A DNA stretch of 64,000 bases, taken from the human T2T-CHM13v2.0 reference genome, Homo sapiens. Below are positions 1-16,469 of this stretch, piece after piece. The stretch lies in NCBI RefSeq assembly GCF_009914755.1, contig NC_060933.1; one strand, written 5' to 3'. How positions within the stretch are numbered: the first letter of the stretch is position 1; each line of letters opens with the position of its first letter. A program made the position numbers and the translations under genes. Below the pieces are notes generated by a model. That model searched no databases. It saw only the letters and a list, made by a program, of their open reading frames with translations, and was not told the origin of the DNA.

Positions 1-1080
1 ATGGGCAAAGGTGCTTTCCCAGCAACCCTGAACTTTTTGGGGGTTGGTAATTACTGCTCTCCCCAGAAGCCCTGAAGAGCGTGAGTTGGCAGGGGCTGAG
101 GGAAATGCAAGGGAGAAGGCTGGCAGGGTGGCCCGCTGGCTCTCCTGAGCTCCTGCTTACTGGGGAAGGTGCTAGGACGAATGCTGGGGCTCAGGCCTCA
201 AGGATACTCCCCTTACCCTGCAGAAGGTTCCATGAACTTGACCCTTGAGTTTCTTGTCTCAGAGCCATCGGGGTTGCTACGGGACACACACTGGCAGGAC
301 CACTTGTGCCCAGGCAGTCCGTGGCTGCGGGAGGACAGGACACGAGTGGGGTGAGACAGTGGAGCCCTGAGGACCCATGTTGAATATCTCTTGGGTTTTT
401 GGTGTGTAGAGTCTTTTCTTTTCTGGCTGAGGAAACCTAGTGTCAGTTAGGCACCCCCCCACCTGTCAATGAAGCAGAGATTCCTAACAGACAAAGGTGT
501 GAGGTGGTGGTGACAGAGGCCGGCGTGTTTGAGGCCATCTCCACCACTTCCCCACTCTGTGATCGTGGGCAAGAGACCAAACCTCTCGGAGACTCAGTTT
601 CTGCATCTGTGAAATGGGGCCAATGCCCCTTTCTCGTGGGTGTTGGGTGAATGGGATGGGATGAAAATGCAGCACCGACTCTGGAAGAAGGCAAAGCTCA
701 GCAAATGAAAAAGTCTTAGCTCCTGGCAGGGAGAGAAGGCGGCCAGGTTTCCAGAGGGCTCTTCTGGGAAACTTTCCCTCCCCACTGCCCCCTGCCCCCA
801 GGCCACTGTTCCGAGGGAAATGAAGCCCCCCTTCCTAAAGTGGGTCCCCCACCTCTCCCTTAGGCCCTCGTGCCCACCTGGGTCTCAGTCTCCTCCTCGG
901 GGATGCGCTTTGAGGGTGGAAGCCAGGGGATGGGTGACGCCAGCTGGGTCAGGGGACCTGGTGCGAGGCAGCCGGGGCAGGCTGCAGTGGGCACTCTGGA
1001 CGAGTGGGCACCTAGCTGGAGCTTTCCAGCCTGCGTCTTCTGCCCCACACCCCGTGACCCGCGGCCCGCTCGGCCCTTAC

Positions 1081-1390
1081 CTTGAAGCATGGGAACCGCG
1101 CTGCCCCGGCCGCGAGGACTTGGGCGCACGTGACGGGGCGGGCGGGCGTCCGACCCGGGCAGGGCGCAGCTAGCGGCGGCCGCTCATGCCCAGGCCACGG
1201 CGGTGGCGCCTGGTGTGGCTGGGCGGGCGAGGCGGGCGCTGAGAAGCCCGGGAGGCCCCCGGGGAGGCGACTGCGTGCCCAGGCGGGCACCCCTGCCAGC
1301 TCCGCGCTGCGGCCGCGACTCCGGACGCCCCGGCTGGCTCCCTGCGAGCTGCACGCGCGGCTCCAGCCTGGTCCCGAGCGCAGGGCGCGC
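1081..1390 (-). other. FAM163B: FAM163B non-coding exon 1 (5' end approximate)
   Basis: Strong minus-strand donor CTTCAAG|GTAAGG at 1081/1080 at the edge of the CpG island. TSS position estimated from recalled distance to DBH. Confidence 0.65.
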
Positions 1391-1482
1391 GCTGGCGGGG
1401 AGGGCGCGCGCCCGAGCCTGGCGGGGAGCGCGCGTCACCGGCCCGCGCGCGCAGTCGTCGGGGGATGCCGGGAGCGGCCTGG

Positions 1483-1503
1483 GGAGCTGTCCCTGGTGCT
1501 GAC
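1483..1503 (-). promoter_or_regulatory. RE1/NRSE (REST binding site)
   Basis: Minus strand GTCAGCACCAGGGACAGCTCC matches consensus TTCAGCACCACGGACAGCGCC at 18/21 positions, with both half-sites intact. Confidence 0.85.
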
Positions 1504-2082
1504 GGCTCGTCCGCTCTCGCCCGGGACGCGCGACCTCCTGGAGGCCTGGGGGTGCCCCCACCCTGGCCGGCGCCCTGCGGTGCTCCCTCCGCTCTCCGCC
1601 TGTTCTCGGGGCGTTCCGGCTTCCACAACGTTGGGATCTGGAGTCAGGCCGAAGCTGCTGCTTATCCGCAGTAGGGCAAGTCCCTTACCCTGGTTGAGCG
1701 GCTGGTTCTTATCTTTAAAATGGGGAGTTAACGCCAGCACCTTTAGGGTTGGTCTGAGAATGAAATCCGATGATGTTTCGAGGCCCGGCACACCATAAGT
1801 ATTTAATAAATGCTCGCCTTTGTTACTATTTATTTCCCTTCTCTGAGTTAGCAACCCCGGAGCAACTGAGAGGAGGAGCAAGGCTTACTCTGCTCCTGGT
1901 GAGTGGCTGTTTGGGGCATGGCGGCTGCCTTTGGATCTCTCCCACATCCACGGGGAAGGGGAGCAGATCCCTTCTCCCTGACCCCAAAGCACAGAGCTAA
2001 GACCAATGGCTAGACGTTAAAGCAAGGCAGATTTGGGCTGGATACGAGGGAGACCTTTCTGACCTAAGGCTCCTACTCCTGA

Positions 2083-2583
<501 letters not shown>

Positions 2584-5500
2584 TAAATGTGTGCTTTCAT
2601 TATGATCAACCTTTAAGTTCTCTATAAAAAACTCCATCCTGGTAGTAACCATAACCTTGCTTCATTCTAGACATGAGAATACTGAGGACAAACAGAAGAG
2701 TAAAGTGCTTGGAGTCCATTTCCCTTTTACAGATGGGCTGAGCACAGATGGGTGAGCAACTTGCCCATGGACAAGAGAGTGAGTGTTCACACCATACAGA
2801 CATGCTCCAAATGTCCAGCCTGCTGCCTCCCCTGCTGGGGCCCCTGGCAAGGGCCCCTGCTGAGTTTCTCCAGGCTGATCAGGTCACTTTGACCATAGAG
2901 AGTTTTCTTATAGCAAACCAGGCTAGTCCTCCTTCCTCTTAACTAATGGGAAAAGCTGGTCCCTGCCCCCTGTGAGTATCTTGTTCTTTTCCAAGCAGGA
3001 TAATTAAACATCACCTGCTTCATTTCCCAAGGGACCAGGGGCTGTGTTTGATTCATTAATTAACTGCGAGTAGTACCTGCTCCCACCAGGCACTTGTCTC
3101 ATGATAAACATCACTCATTATGTGCTTAATGCGTGCTAGACACAAGGCTAAACACAGTGCGAGCATTGCCTCATTTAGTCTTCTCAGCGATCCGATGAGA
3201 TATGGATACTGTCATTACCCTGACTTTGCAGGTGAAAACTTTAGGCTCAACAGCAGCAGACCTGAGGCGGATCGGCCTGATTCCCAAGCCATTGCTCCTA
3301 ATCCCCTTCTTCTAGAACTTCTACATCCTTCCCAACCAGCCCCACCTAGAAAGAAGGATGGTAAACACGGATAGAAATTCCTTATAAGGAGAGAGAGAGA
3401 AAGGCAGAAAGAGAGAGAGCCAGGAGGAAGAGACAAACCAGCCAGCCAATCGATGTCCTAGGAGTTGACACAGGAATCCTTTAAATCATCACTTTTAGTC
3501 AAAAACTCCATTATGACAACTGAGCAACTTGTTTTTTATTTGAGAGTTGCAAGTGTGTGCCAAGAATTTTAAAAGCAACATCACTGCCAAGCCCTGTCTT
3601 TACCAACCAGCTCAATGCCCTTCCACTTCTCCCCATGCTGACTTTTTACTCAAACTCTGCAGAATCCTGCAGCTATAGATCTGAGCAGCTGGAAACCTCT
3701 GTGGAACCAGCTCAGACTCTGTAGCTCTTGGCCTCTTGACATGCTGGTTTCTTTCCCATGCTGTGGAGAGAGATGTGTTCCTGATGCCCGTAATGACGAA
3801 ACCTTATTTAAAATGGAGCCCATTTTATTTGAAAGAGGTCTGAATATTACCCACAATATGTACAGTAGATGCCTGCATTGCCCTCGCTTTACAGATGGTA
3901 ACAAAGGGGTGAAGTGACTTGGCCAAGGTCACACAGCCAGCAAAGAGGTGACTACACTGAATAGATTTCATTTGGATCGCAATGCCAGATGGTCACCACC
4001 AAACTCATTATTTATGTGCAAAAGCATGCCCTGATTTTAAGCAAAAACCAATTTCAGAAAATAAAAATGGGTGAGGGGAGAGAAAGACAAGGAAGAGTCT
4101 CTGGTCTGACTTTATAAAAACAATTCATCATCAGGATTCCCTAAATAGCAAGTTCTCCTGGTGCGTGCAAAAAAAAGGATCCTAGTTACACGCAGTTCTT
4201 TTAGGTTGGCCAAAAACAGGCCCGGGGGTGGGAGGAGTGACATTCTGCCGCCGGACTGGTTCTCCATCCACTACAATAAGCTGTTTAGTCGCGTGGCAAC
4301 CTCAGCCAACGGCAGCTACTCTGTCCCCACCACCAGCATCATTCCACAACAGAGCTTCGTGGATATAACTCAAATTCAACAGATGGCCAAGTTGGTTGAA
4401 CACCTCCCAACACATTGGTTCATGGGTGGCAGTTTACAAAGGTTCATTTTCCACTTAGGGCAAATGGGGCTTGCGTAAGATCAGCCTGACACTATACAAG
4501 CAGGACCTCTGTGCGCATCCGTTTCTTGGAGTCGAGTTGGATAGCCTCATTGCTCAAAGACTTACAGCCTCATGAAGAAGAGGCATCAGCCTTTCTTTCT
4601 CTCTGAGGATCTATATGTGCACAAGAGGTGCTCATTGGCTGGATATAGAGGAAAAAACAAAACCAGCGGTGGCGGGGAAACCCTGACATTCCAATCACAC
4701 CTGCACCCCCATGCACAGTCCCCTGCACACTCGAATGGAGGGAACGACGTTCTTGGGAACAAAGGATGTGAGCAGCTGCTGTTGATGGCTGAGTCTCATT
4801 CTACAGAGGCAGAAAGAACAAAGTGCTCGAGGAATAAAGTTTCTGCCAGGATGTGGAGAGTAATGAGAATGATGGCCAAGAGCTTCTCCTATTCCCTTTC
4901 TGGGAACCCTCTGGAAGGGAGGAGCTCGCCATCTCCAGACATGTCTGAGCAGAGGCTGGCTGTCCACTTGCAGCACAGCTGGCACCCGGGGACCCCTCGG
5001 TGTTAGAAGTCTGTGAGATTCCAGAAGGGGCAGCTGCTCACTGGTCTGTGTGGGTGCCCCCTGGCCCCCAGCACCGACCTCCATTCAGCTGCTCGATGGA
5101 TCTCAGGGCACTGAAAGGGGGTCCACGTCCGGTTTTCCAAGCTCCTCCTCATATTGGTGCCAGGCCAAACTATTGAAGTGGTTGCTGTTTCCACATATTT
5201 ATGGAAATTACCTGGGCCTTGCCGCAGTTACTAGATTAACCTTTGTTTGGTCGTTGAATTGTTTCCTCTTCTTAGCCTGCAGCCATAAGACGTTCTGCAG
5301 TTGATTGACTGAGCCCAGCAACAGCCCCTTTGATCCATTTTCACTGAACCTGTGTCCACTCAACTCCAGATGATCTGTGCAGGTCAAGATCAAGCCCATT
5401 TAGAGAAGAGATGAACTTTTTAAAAAGAAACTATTGAGAGATGGGTAACTGCAAGTCACTGTGATTACTCTGTGATGCCGAATAGGCAGAGTGTGCCTCG

Positions 5501-8500
5501 CATCCTGGGTCTGTTATATTGGACGTCTTTTAGATGGGACCAGGAGAATGACGAGGTACCAAAGTGTGCAAGAGAAGGTGAGAGGGTCGGGCAGCAGAGT
5601 GTGCCAGCGGACAGAGTGGGAGGCGTGCGCGGGCTCAGGTGTGCAGCGTGTGGGGTGTTTCCATTGCCCTGGTTTGAAAAGACAGCCTCATCTGTGTGAA
5701 AAGAAATTACCGGTGGTTTTTAATTACTGCAACATTTTAAAACATTGTGACAGCAAGCTTGATGTGTTCGTTCTTTAAGAATCATCGCAGATGATGGATG
5801 AGGAGGAGATGGGGCTGAGAGGCGCTCGGGGACCCGTCAAGGGGTCTCTCCCGGCTCCCTCTGTGAATCACGGATCATCTTGACAAATCCTGCTGCAGAG
5901 TGAGAAGAAGTGAGACAGGAGTTATGGAGGATTTATTGTTTCAGAGCCTTCCTCCATTGCAGGGATTTTTTACTCCAGAGAAACATTAACAGAGAGTACT
6001 CCTAATCTGGGTTTTACTTTCTCAGCCAAAGCACTTCTTCACAGCTTGAGCAAATAAATGCAGGCCATGCCTACATTCGTTCATTCATTCCCTCACATAC
6101 TGTGGGCGCAGAGACAGAGGAAAGAGTCCTCGTCATCATGAGCTCAGAGGGAGGTGAGAGTTTCAAAGGTTGATGGGACAGGGCCTCCTGAGGCAGGCAG
6201 AGCAGGACAGGGACCACCCGGCTGATAGCTAGCATGTGTCTTGTGCTTATTACTGTTGAACTGTGCTGACAGCCCTGGGAGACAGGCACGATTCATTCAT
6301 TTTACCGGATTTACAGTAAAGAACCCGAGACAGAGAAAGTGAATGACCTGCCCAAGGCTGCCCGAGGCCAGGACCCATCTGACTCCGAAGTCCACCCAGA
6401 CCATGTCCTATGCCTGGGGTGTGACCCTTAGTCTATTTCACTAGAAAATAAGAAATGAAAATCGGAGATTGCCTATCTGGACTAGGGGAACCTAATATTG
6501 AAGCAATTTTCCCATAACTTTTCTGCTTCTATTAGCAAGGGTTGCAGAGGTTGCTGAATGCTGTTCATTTTAATAGAAGGATGAAAAGAGAACACCCACG
6601 GTGACTGACACAGGCCAGCGTCAGGACATGACAATAAAATGTCATGCCAGACTGACATGCCAGCCTTTCATTTCAGCCGTGCAGAGCAGTTCCTCCCCTC
6701 AGGACAGTCTCTGGAGCACCCGTGGGGCAGCTCTGCCACCCAAGGACTCACCTCACAGACACAGTCTCCTCTTGGGCACAAAGAATAAAAACTTGGACTT
6801 AACCATTGCTCTCCTGTCAGACTCTATCCAAGCCACCAGTCCCAAAGCCTGCCTAACAATGGCAGATTTGGATGGGGGTGAGGAGGAGGAGGGCGTGGGA
6901 GCAGAGAAAGGAGAATGGCAGGGGTAATCGTGGGGAAGCAGAAGCAGGTGGTTGTGGCAAAGCGAGGACATGAGGCCAGTGCTGTGTCACCCAGGGGCGG
7001 TGGGAGCCACAGGAGGCCAGGCCCCTTCTGCCCTGGCCTGGATGCCACCTCCCTCCTCATCTGGCTGGCTTGGGGAAGCAGAAAGAGCATCAGCTGTGGG
7101 TCTTTGCAGGAGCAGATGAACCCTGCTGCTGGGTTAGTCTCCCGCTGTGAAACGGGAGAGGGGCCTGGCCCTGTTACAATCTGCCGCAGACTGGGGGAAG
7201 GGGAGAGGGGCACAGTCTCGTCTGTTTGGTCACTCATTCCCTGCCTCTCTGCACTGGAATGGCACATCCACAAGGGCAGGGGCTTCGTGCCTCTTGTTCT
7301 CTGCTGTCTCCCAGCACCAGTCACAGCAGCTGTTTGTTGAATGAATGAAAGATGTTCACGTGAGAAAGCGTCTGCCTGCCGCTCTGCGGAGCCAGAGGCA
7401 GCGTCCCTTGCAAACACAGCTGGCCCGAGATTGGCAGTCACCCAGACGAGAGGTGGCAGGCAGCAGAGCCTCCCCCTGCTCTGGAAACCCCACACTGAGA
7501 CCACCGGCCATCGTGATTGGACGGAGGGGGAATCTGAGGCAGCCAGAGGCAAGCGACCGGCCAGGGGTGCAGAGATAATGAATAGCTCAGTGGTGAGCGC
7601 TGGCCCAGAGCCTCCTTCCCTGCACCGCTGGCTCCCTAGAGAAGGGGCAGAGCTCGACTCAGCCAATCTGCCCTGAGGACACTTGGACCCTGGCACGAGG
7701 CCCTAGGCTGAAGAGGGAGGCCTCTAGCCTCCAGCCTCCCTCTCTGCACCCTCCCCATTCCCCGCCCCGGTGCATCGACCCTTGTCTTGAGCACCCTCAG
7801 CCAGGGCAGCCTTCCCCTGCACAAGCCCCTTGGCTGCTCCTCTTCACCCTCAGGATGGCGTCCACCCCGCGGCCACCGTTTGAGTCCCCACAACCGCCCC
7901 CAGGCTTGTTACTCCAGCTATACCCAGACTGGCTGTTTCCAAATGCTCACTCCTCACTGCCTTTAGCAGGCTGGTCCCTCTGCCAGAGGTGCCCTTCCTA
8001 TCTGTCTCCATCCCACAAACTCCTACACACCCTGCAAGGCACAGCTCAAATATTGCAGCTTCTGGGAGACCGGGAGGGTCAAAGGCAGCATATAATGCGT
8101 TGATCAAAGTTCTAATGCTGGTTTCTCTGCAACTGTTTGTTTAAATCTATTTGAACATGAGCCTCTTAACCCTAGGGGCCAAGTCAGACTGACTCACACA
8201 TTTATTGAGCACCTACTGTGTGCAGGCTCAGCACTGGGTGCTGGGATGCAGGAATGAACAGGGCAGGAACTGTCTTGCCCTCTGAGGGTGGATGGCCTAG
8301 TGGAGCTGCCGCCATCTCCTCCAGGTCAGGTGCACAACTGGGGGGGAGGTCCAGATTTGGGGCCTGGGGATGTAGATCTGGGGGTGCCCATACAGCTCAG
8401 CTCCTCTGTCCCAAGGCAGTGCTGTGGGAATATATGGGTCTGGAGTCCGGCAGAATGGGGCTCCATCCTGGCCCCCTGATTTCTAGATAGATGAACACAG

Positions 8501-10530
8501 CCCTTCTCTCAGCCTCTCTGAGCCTCAGTTTCTCCATGTGTGGTGTGGAGCCGTGCAGTATGGTGGTGAGCATGACCATCTGGCGTCTTGACCTGGCATG
8601 ATACTCCACAGGCCAGAGCTGGAGAAAAAGCCTGTGCCTGTCCCAGCAGCAGCGGCTGCCCTCTGCTTTTGTCCCTCAAATCTCACACCCCTGCTGTTGT
8701 ACCACAAATCCCTCCTCTTCCTCCTGGTGCTCCCAACTCCAGCCACCAGGTGCTGGTCTTGGGAGTCCCCATCTCACCAACTTCATCCCAAAGAGCTCAG
8801 TGGTGGGTGGGCGGGAGGGGGACGTGGGAGGGGCCTTGGCCAGACAGTCTCCATGGCCCTGATGGAGCTGGGAGGCTGAGCTGCCCACAGTGGTGCAGGC
8901 TGGCCTCCACCCTCGGGCCCCTGCTGTGGCGCCCACCTCCTGATGGCCCTGTGGACTCTCTAGGGAGCCCCTCTGAGGATCCACCCTGCAGGTCATCCCT
9001 CCTTCCCTGGTTAGGAAGGGCTCTGCCTTCTTGGTCTTTCCCTTGGCAACGCTCTGGCTTTGGGGGCTGGGGGTGAGAGCAGTGGGTGCCTGAGGCTTTG
9101 GGGAGAACATCTGGAGGGAAATCAGCATGCGCAGGCCGCAGGGAGGCTGCTTTGCGGGGTGGTCGAGTGCCTCCAAAGCAAGCCAGCTGATGCCCGTCCC
9201 TGCCACTGAGCTGCTCCCAGCATCGCAGCAGGCAGCATGGCAGGCACGGGGACAGCCAGCCAGGACACATCCAGCCCTCACCACGGAGCCTTCCAGCCCC
9301 TTCCCTCCATGCCTTCCTTGGTCTCATGGCTGACCACTGTCACCCTGAAATGGGGTCAGAGCTCAGCACATTACAGGAGGGGAGTGAGCGCTCTCTCTAT
9401 TAGAGCTTCTGGTACCCCTCAAGGGCCCCGTTCTGAAAGCCCTGGGGTGCCGCCCGCCTCTGCAGGGGGAAATGGTGCTCGGACACCGTCCTCGTTAGGA
9501 AAGTCACAGTCACACACGAGGAACCCTGCCCTTCCTGATGCCGGCTTGGCCTCTCTCAGCTTGCGTTTGCTTTGTTTTGTTTTGAAGAAAAGTTGGGGTA
9601 GGAATACCACCACCAAACAAATAGCACATGTCCTGTGTCCTCTGGAACCCTGTCACATTTGGGAACTGTAGTTTTCCCCTTGGAGTAGCTGGGGAGGGCT
9701 CCCTGCTGCCCCATGCCCCTCCATTGGAGGCCCTCTGTCTGGAAAGCCTCATGTCTGTGTGTGGTGGGCAGGGCTGGGTTTCAGGGGCTCGGGCCAGAGT
9801 GGACTTTTCTGGGGTTGAATAGCCTCCCCACCCCAGAAACACGCCCTGCCTCCTTTCTGTGTGATGGCTTGCAGCTCACAAGAGTGGGTGGAAAGCTGTG
9901 GGAATGTGTCCGTGAGCCACGTAGGCAATAAATGAATGGTGGTTGGTTTTTGCCCAGGAATCTGTCTGGTACGGATGTCACCAACCATCTCCTGGGACTT
10001 CCAGCCTCCTCCTGGTCGTGGCCAATGGGAGGGAGGGAGGAAGGTGTGGGGCTGTCTGCACCCCTGGCTCCCTCTCTGTGGGGCCGTGTGTAGTAGGGTT
10101 GGATCTCTTGACCCAGGTCTCTCCTTCTGGGGTCAGAAACTTCTCCTTCCTCATCCCTTCAGACACAGGAGTGTGCTAACAACACCGGTTATCCACCTTC
10201 ACCGATGCCTTTCCTTCCCTGGCCCCTCCTTGTAAACAACCTCACTTATTAAACCCTCTTGGGTGTCTTTGTTTGAATGACCCATCAGTTTCCTCCTGGG
10301 ACCCTCCTCCCACCCACGTGGGGCAGGGACCTTCTCCCCAAATCCTCACCATCCCAGATGTTACCAATCTGTACAATTCCTTCCAACCCACTGGGTAGAA
10401 AATGACCTCTTAAGGGTTGACTTGGCGTTTGCTGCCGGCAGGTAAGAGTGCTTTCACATACCTCAGTTTGCCCATTTTCCCCCATTCCTGTGTCTCTGTG
10501 TCTTCACAGTCTTCATAGATGCTCTAATTC

Positions 10531-10826
<296 letters not shown>

Positions 10827-11209
10827 AATGCTCTGATTTGTATGTTTGGTTTTCAACCCATCTAGAATTTTTGTGGGTATGATGTGAGCTAGAGGTTTAA
10901 CTGTTTTTGTCTTTTTTTTTTTTGACACATGAATAACCCATTGTCACTCCCCTCCCTATTGAGGTGCAACCTGCATTCAACCACACATCGCATTCCTCCC
11001 CGCGGACTCCGTGTCTGGCCCTGGCCACCCTACCCTTCGATTCATCTGTCCATTCACTGATGCATGACCGATGCGGCTACCACAGTTCTATGGAGCACTT
11101 GTTATCTAGAAGGTCGAGATCCCAGTCCATGTTCTTTTACCTTTGGGGGCTTTAATTAAGACTGGATTGAACGCTAGATGACTTTCAAAAAATTCAACCC
11201 TTTCGGAAG

Positions 11210-11410
11210 TGGAGCAGAGTGGCAGAGGCTCTGGGACCAGACTACCTGGGTTTGAATCCCAGCTCTGCCACTCCCTAGCTGTGTGATGTTGGACAAGTTG
11301 CTTGACTTCACTGTCTCTCAGCTTCATTACCTGTAATATAGAGTAATAATAACACCGATGCTACTTGCAGGGTTGACAGAGTGAATAAGCTAAGATATAT
11401 AGAGTGCATA
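11210..11410 (+). mobile_element. MIR SINE
   Basis: MIR core GGGTTTGAATCCCAGCTCTGCCACT...CTGTCTCTCAGCTTCATTACCTGTAA. Confidence 0.75.
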
Positions 11411-12416
11411 TTAAATCAGACATCATTTCTTTTAAGATAAATCATTATTGTATTTACTACTTGGAAGGAAAACAATGCTGCCAGTTAAGCTGAGATATGC
11501 CCTTGATTGTAAAATGTATCTGTTTCAGGGATGTTTCAGTGCAGAAGGTGTATACCTTAGAATCCACACAGCGGGATCTTACTTTTACCACGTTACAGGG
11601 TCTTCCCATTAAGGATTGGGATTTTTATCTTTATTTATTTAGAATTTCTATTTTTTTTAACCCTCAGCAAAACTTTGTAGAGTTCTTCATATAAAGTTTT
11701 TAGTGTCTTTAATAATTTTTAGGAAGGCAAAAGAGTCCTAAAGCCACAAAATTTGAGAACCACAGGTCTGTATTAACAGAGGGTTGGGAAACTCCTGATC
11801 ATCTTGACAGATGCTGGGAAAGCAGCTAATCAAAGTCAGCACCACTGATGATTTAAAGACACGGGGAGAAACTCAGTAGCCCACTGACGGGGATTGAACA
11901 GCACCTACCGCAGGCATCCCGCAGGTGGGAAACTCAAGGAGCATTTACAGGAAGCAGTTGAGCCCTGCCTCCCAGCCACCACATCAGCCACAGCAAGGGA
12001 GGGCTGGTGAACCCACGAGACAGAAGCGGAAATGAAAGACAAGAATATTGAACCAGAGGAGGCAGTTCTGTGACTGCTCACTAACACTTGGAAAATTCCA
12101 CTCGGTAAACTCAAGCAAACCCAGTGAAGATTTATTAGCACAATTACGAGTTTAGCAAGTTGGCCAGATACACAATAAACATTTTTTTTAAGTCAAAGTT
12201 TTTGCTCCCATTACCATAACCCAATTAGACAGTTGATGAAAATATGGTTCCGTTAGAGAAGCACAGAAGGGGCTTAATGGAATCTGTGATTTAAAAATAT
12301 TAGGCAAATACAGCAAATAAACACATGGAAGATCGGGGAGGTGAGCAGATGAATATTGCTCATCATCATTCTCTATATTTTTCTTATGTTTGAAATATTT
12401 CATAAAACAAAGAAGG

Positions 12417-13315
<899 letters not shown>

Positions 13316-13343
13316 TGATAGTGACACAATTCTTTAGACTTAA

Positions 13344-13736
<393 letters not shown>

Positions 13737-15427
13737 AAGATTTCTGTTTTTTTAGAATATACCCTTGAGTAATTCTTTCAGAAAGGAAGATAGCAATAAA
13801 ATTTCAGAACTATTGCATGTTTGAATGTTTTCTTTCGCTCTCAAACTAGAATGCTGGGTTTGGAATGGCAGATTCCACAACGTTTCCTCTCACAAGTTTG
13901 CAGGAGAGATCCGTGGTCTCCTGTCACCCGATGCTGCTGCTATGAAGGGTGACAGGGTCTCGTTCCTCTTCCTCCATGGAGACCCTCTCTGCTCGCCCTC
14001 ATTCTCATTCCCGGTTTGGCCCTCAGGCTCTTGCTCTCCTGCTCTCTCTGGAAGCATCAGAGCCCTCGCTCTGTTTTTGGTTAATGGGAAACAGCCGCAC
14101 TGTGTCTATTGTGGGCCTGTTTGCATTTGGTCTGTGCAGCACCTGGCAGGTTCATTGACTCTGAAGACTGACATCCTTCTGTGGCTCTGGGATGTCTAAC
14201 CACTTTCTTTCTTCCCTCTTGGTGGCTCCATACCTTGGAGATGTCCACTCCCCGGGCTGGGGACCCGAAGCTCCCCCAGATCTCCTACCTTTCCCCTCTC
14301 ATTTCCTCCACTTTGCCCTTTAAGCTGAGTTCCTCGAGCAGCGCCCGCCTGATCTTCCTGCTTACTAATTTGCTCCTCAGCTGTCTCTTTCTGCTTTTCA
14401 GCCTGTCTATTTTAAATTTCCATGATCTCTAATTAGTTCTTTTATATAAAAGCCCATTCTTGCTTCATGAATAGATAACCTCTCTTATCTCTCTAAGGAT
14501 AGTAATTATACTTATTTTTAAAAGGCTTCTTCTGTTGACTCAATCTATGCTGCTTCTCTGGGCATCAGAGTTTCTGTTTCTGAGATGATGTCTCTCTTTT
14601 GTGGGATTGTTTTTCCTACACGCTTGGTCCTGCAGGCAGTGTGCCTATGTCTGTCTGCACTTAAGAGTCCCTGCTCATCTGCCACTGCTGTGTCTGCTCC
14701 TGTGCCTCTGATGGAAGATGGGGAGGAATATGCAACCAACTGAGCGGCAGGGAGTCACTCCCTTGGGTTGGGAGTTCCTATCTTTCATTGAGGTCAGTAG
14801 CTCTCTGGCCACTGCCCTGCTACAGTGACTACTCTGCTCAGCCTAAGGGCTCAGAGGCTCCCTGTTGCCCACCATTGCGGGGAGGAGCAGATATTCAAGT
14901 TGCTGGTCCCAATGCAACAACTCAACTCATCACCCTGACTGTCGTCCACCCACCCTGGCCATGACGGTGGAGCTGCAGGCTATCTCTGCTGCCATCTTAG
15001 AACACCTTCTGGGGTGTGGTTTCCTCCAATGTTGTTTCTTTGCGTCTTTCTGTGATTTGTACGTAAGTCTGATCCACTAAAAAGACTTTTAGTTGATCTT
15101 CTTTTTTTACAATCAATCTTTTTGTAATTTTTTTCTTTTAAAATATTTTTCTGCAACTGTGGGATTTTGATGGGGGTTGGGGATATACTTAGTTTGCCGT
15201 TTGACTGAAGGCCAAGAATATCATTGAACACACTCCGAAGGGCGTGTTCACCTGGATGCCCAAGGGAACCTTCTTCAGGACAGGTGAGGCACTGGCAGGT
15301 CCTCTGGGTGGAGCACCCACCACCAAGAGGTAGCATTCTTTCATTTGAATGATGCTTTTGGGTTGAGACTAAAACTTGGATCTGCTTGACATTCTGAGAC
15401 CACACAACAGAAGATAATCAGGATGCT

Positions 15428-15807
15428 TGATATGGTTTGGCTCTGTGGCCCCACCCAAATCTCATCTCAAATTGTAATCCCCATAATCCCCGTGTGTCCA
15501 GGGTGGGACTTGGTGGGAGGTGACTGGATCATGGGGGCAGTTACCCCATACTGTTCTTGTAATAGTGAGCGAGTTCTCCCAAGATCTTATGGTTTTATAA
15601 AGGGCTCTTCCCCCTTCACTTGTTCACTCTCTCTCACCTGCCGACATGTAAGACATGCCTTTGCTTTAGTCTCGCCATCCACCATGATTGTAAGTTTCCT
15701 GAGCCCTCTCCAGCCACGTGGAACTGTGAATCAATTAAATCTCTTTCCTTTATAAATTACCCAGTCTCAGGTGTGTCTTTATAGCAGTATGAGAACAGAC
15801 TAATACA
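15428..15807 (+). mobile_element. Solo MaLR LTR (THE1/MST family)
   Basis: TGATATGGTTTGGCT...AACAGACTAATACA termini with perfect 5-bp TSD ATGCT. Confidence 0.9.
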
Positions 15808-15985
15808 ATGCTTAAGCCACAAACATAGTGGAAAACTCCCAGGCCTTTCTCTGAGCTGGGGATATGACATCCTCTCTCTGACTGGAGCCTCCAGTTCACC
15901 TGGAGCTCCCCTTTGCCCCTCAAGATGCTGGCCTTGTAGCTCCGGTCTGTACAAATGTGGGAAAGGCTGGTTGATATTTTGGTTA

Positions 15986-16439
<454 letters not shown>

Positions 16440-16469
16440 AAGAACTCTTAGCAATGACCACACAGTGAC

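Larger units (their letters stand above)
1050..1650. promoter_or_regulatory. FAM163B: CpG island / promoter of minus-strand gene (FAM163B)
   Basis: Very GC- and CpG-dense stretch with GC boxes (GGGGCGGGCG near 1135). Gene identity comes from known FAM163B-DBH-SARDH synteny, not from coding sequence in the window. Confidence 0.8.

Noticed and set aside
1082-1798. 238-aa and overlapping ORFs in the CpG island
   Set aside because: Expected from very high GC content; low-complexity R/G/P/A sequence with no recognisable domain.
4161-4478. 105-aa ORF containing WFMGGS, reminiscent of the retroviral RNase H motif WFTDGS
   Set aside because: A single degenerate motif with no other pol features recognisable. 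A Dfam/tBLASTn search would be needed; not supportable by eye.
6824-7696. 290-aa minus-strand ORF (longest in the window)
   Set aside because: Non-ATG start, no recognisable homology or splice context; consistent with chance in GC-rich DNA.
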